From a virus, in the IMG/VR virus record IMGVR_UViG_3300020185_000006: DNA of 31,873 nucleotides; one strand, written 5' to 3'. Positions 30,946 to 31,873 of this stretch are shown piece by piece. The notes below the pieces were generated by a model. That model was not told the origin of the DNA, ran no database searches, and was given only the letters and a program-made list of their open reading frames with translations. Both the position numbers and the translations under genes were made by a program. Within the stretch, counting starts at the first letter, position 1, and each line of letters opens with the position of its first letter.

Positions 30946-31873
30946 TTACCCTTCTAGTGTTTCAATTCTTGATTTTAAATCTTCTATGATGGTTTGTTGT
31001 TCTTGGATTGCTTTTGTAAAAACGGCAAAGTCTAATCCTACTTTTAATCCTTTTTCATCTTCATAACCACTTATTACATTTCCTTTTGTATCGTATTTTC
31101 TAGAGTCTGCGTTAGTTACAAGTGATGGAAAAACCTTCTCAAATTCTTGTGCAATAAAACCTAGTTGTTTTCCGTTTTTATCTTCATTTTTATACTCAAA
31201 ATTAACAACCCTCAAAGATAAAATATCATCAAGTTTACTTGTTGCATCTGTTACGTTTTTCTTTAACCTTAAGTCACTTGAAATAGTGCCTAATGATCCC
31301 GTAGTCGTAGACAATGCGCCCCCCGAACTAAGAATCATTCTATATCCACCCCTATAAAAATAAAGGCTTTCCGCAGCCGTTCCCGTAGTCGTACCGTTCG
31401 ATGCTATTTCATAATTTTTTGTTGTCCCGTTGGCTTTAAAAAAATCAATAGATGCAAATTCAAGGGAGGATTTTAATTGAATTATAGACTGAACCGATGA
31501 ATTAAAAGTAGCAGCACCCGTCGATGAGATGGTGAGTTTTGGACTTGATCCGTAAGCAATATTAAATACTTCACCCGCATTAAATATTTCAAAAGCGTTA
31601 CTCCCTCTAGTATCATTTAATATAATTCCTACATTGTAATTATCCGTAATGCTAAGGTATTTTTGTAGCGAATTTGCTGATGTTGAAAGCGTTCCAATAC
31701 CCACATTACCCCCCGATGTGATGGTGAGTTTATTTGTTCCCGTTCCCGTAATAAAGCCTAAATCCATTCCCGAACCTAAACTTCCAATTAACGCTATGTC
31801 ATTAGTAGTGTCAACATAAACATAGGCTTGTTTTGGAGAACTACCCCAAAAGGTTTCACCCCCCGATGAGATG
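30946..31873 (-). CDS. Tail fibre protein, C-terminal part, including the S74-type intramolecular chaperone (self-cleaving) domain
   Basis: The frame is open from the window end down to the TAA at 30946-30948. The track start MDLGF (31767) is an internal Met. The C-terminus GTISSDLRLKKNVTDATSKLDDILSLRVVNFEYK...GFIAQEFEKVFPSLV...LDFAVFTKAIQEQQTIIEDLKSRIETLEG has the S-D-x-R-x-K signature. Confidence 0.85.
   Translation of the reverse strand, partial: ISSGGETFWGSSPKQAYVYVDTTNDIALIGSLGSGMDLGFITGTGTNKLTITSGGNVGIGTLSTSANSLQKYLSITDNYNVGIILNDTRGSNAFEIFNAGEVFNIAYGSSPKLTISSTGAATFNSSVQSIIQLKSSLEFASIDFFKANGTTKNYEIASNGTTTGTAAESLYFYRGGYRMILSSGGALSTTTGSLGTISSDLRLKKNVTDATSKLDDILSLRVVNFEYKNEDKNGKQLGFIAQEFEKVFPSLVTNADSRKYDTKGNVISGYEDEKGLKVGLDFAVFTKAIQEQQTIIEDLKSRIETLEG
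31747..31873. repeat. Second copy of the 127-bp terminal repeat
   Basis: Identical to 1..127. Confidence 0.95.

Noticed and set aside
30937-30951. Hairpin GGGTAA-CCC-TTACCC overlapping the tail-fibre stop codon, as a terminator
   Set aside because: The stem is only 6 bp with a 3-nt loop, no U tract follows, and the next gene starts 32 nt later. It is likely incidental, or at most a minor RNA structure.
4242-31066. The other plus-strand ORFs in the track (4242..4454, 5703..6002, 6051..6242, 7167..7367, 11051..11344, 18583..18777, 21418..21711, 27198..27410, 30767..31066)
   Set aside because: Each lies entirely antisense within, or straddling, a well-supported minus-strand gene (portal, MCP, scaffold, TMP, terL, ParB-like, ERF, tail fibre). 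None has a recognisable motif or a coupled start.
30946-31767. Track ORF of 273 aa starting MDLGF, read as a stand-alone gene
   Set aside because: The frame stays open upstream to the window end and joins in frame through the 127-bp terminal repeat to 1..1788. The Met at 31767 is therefore internal to the 862-aa fibre.
1-31873. CRISPR arrays, tRNA/tmRNA genes, integrase or attachment sites, IS elements
   Set aside because: I saw no regularly spaced repeat-spacer arrays, no intergenic region long enough with cloverleaf-like GC content, and no tyrosine or serine recombinase or transposase motifs in any ORF. This was a by-eye scan; tRNAscan-SE or ARAGORN would settle the tRNA question.

Overview
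The window is one complete genome of a tailed dsDNA phage. Bases 1-127 are identical to 31747-31873, so the unique length is 31,746 bp, and the contig is circular or circularly permuted and was opened inside the tail-fibre gene. The DNA is AT-rich by eye. Every credible gene lies on the minus strand, packed tightly with many ATGA or TAATG stop/start overlaps and A-rich leaders lacking an obvious Shine-Dalgarno sequence. That style, plus tail-fibre SGGNVGIG repeats, suggests a Bacteroidota (Flavobacteriia-like) host; this is inference only. Reading down the minus strand, the modules are:
- an early/replication block: NinG-like, ERF recombinase, a mini SSB-like protein with a DLPF tail, a P-loop ATPase, a sigma factor, a FEN-type 5'-3' exonuclease and a DnaA domain IV-like protein;
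- a three-gene DNA-modification module: ParB-like, CmoA-like and a C5-cytosine MTase-like protein;
- terS and terL, then five small genes;
- a chaperone-like gene with a T10 slippery run;
- tail and neck genes, tape measure, XkdF-type protease, scaffold, major capsid protein, tube-like protein, portal fused to a MuF-like domain, adaptor and an 862-aa tail fibre with a C-terminal S74 self-cleaving chaperone domain;
- a lysis block with an M15 peptidase.
No tRNA, CRISPR array, integrase or DNA polymerase was recognised. The main lead is the CmoA-like (carboxy-SAM synthase) gene coupled to a C5-MTase whose cofactor pocket is naturally altered (PCQ to PCA, motif X GN to GR). This predicts 5-carboxymethylcytosine in the phage DNA. 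Other leads:
- a likely -1 frameshift or homopolymer error;
- an 11-bp phased iteron array at the terL stop;
- a three-copy GC-rich hairpin element;
- a duplicated promoter/leader;
- several coupled ORFs below the 60-aa cut-off of the supplied track.
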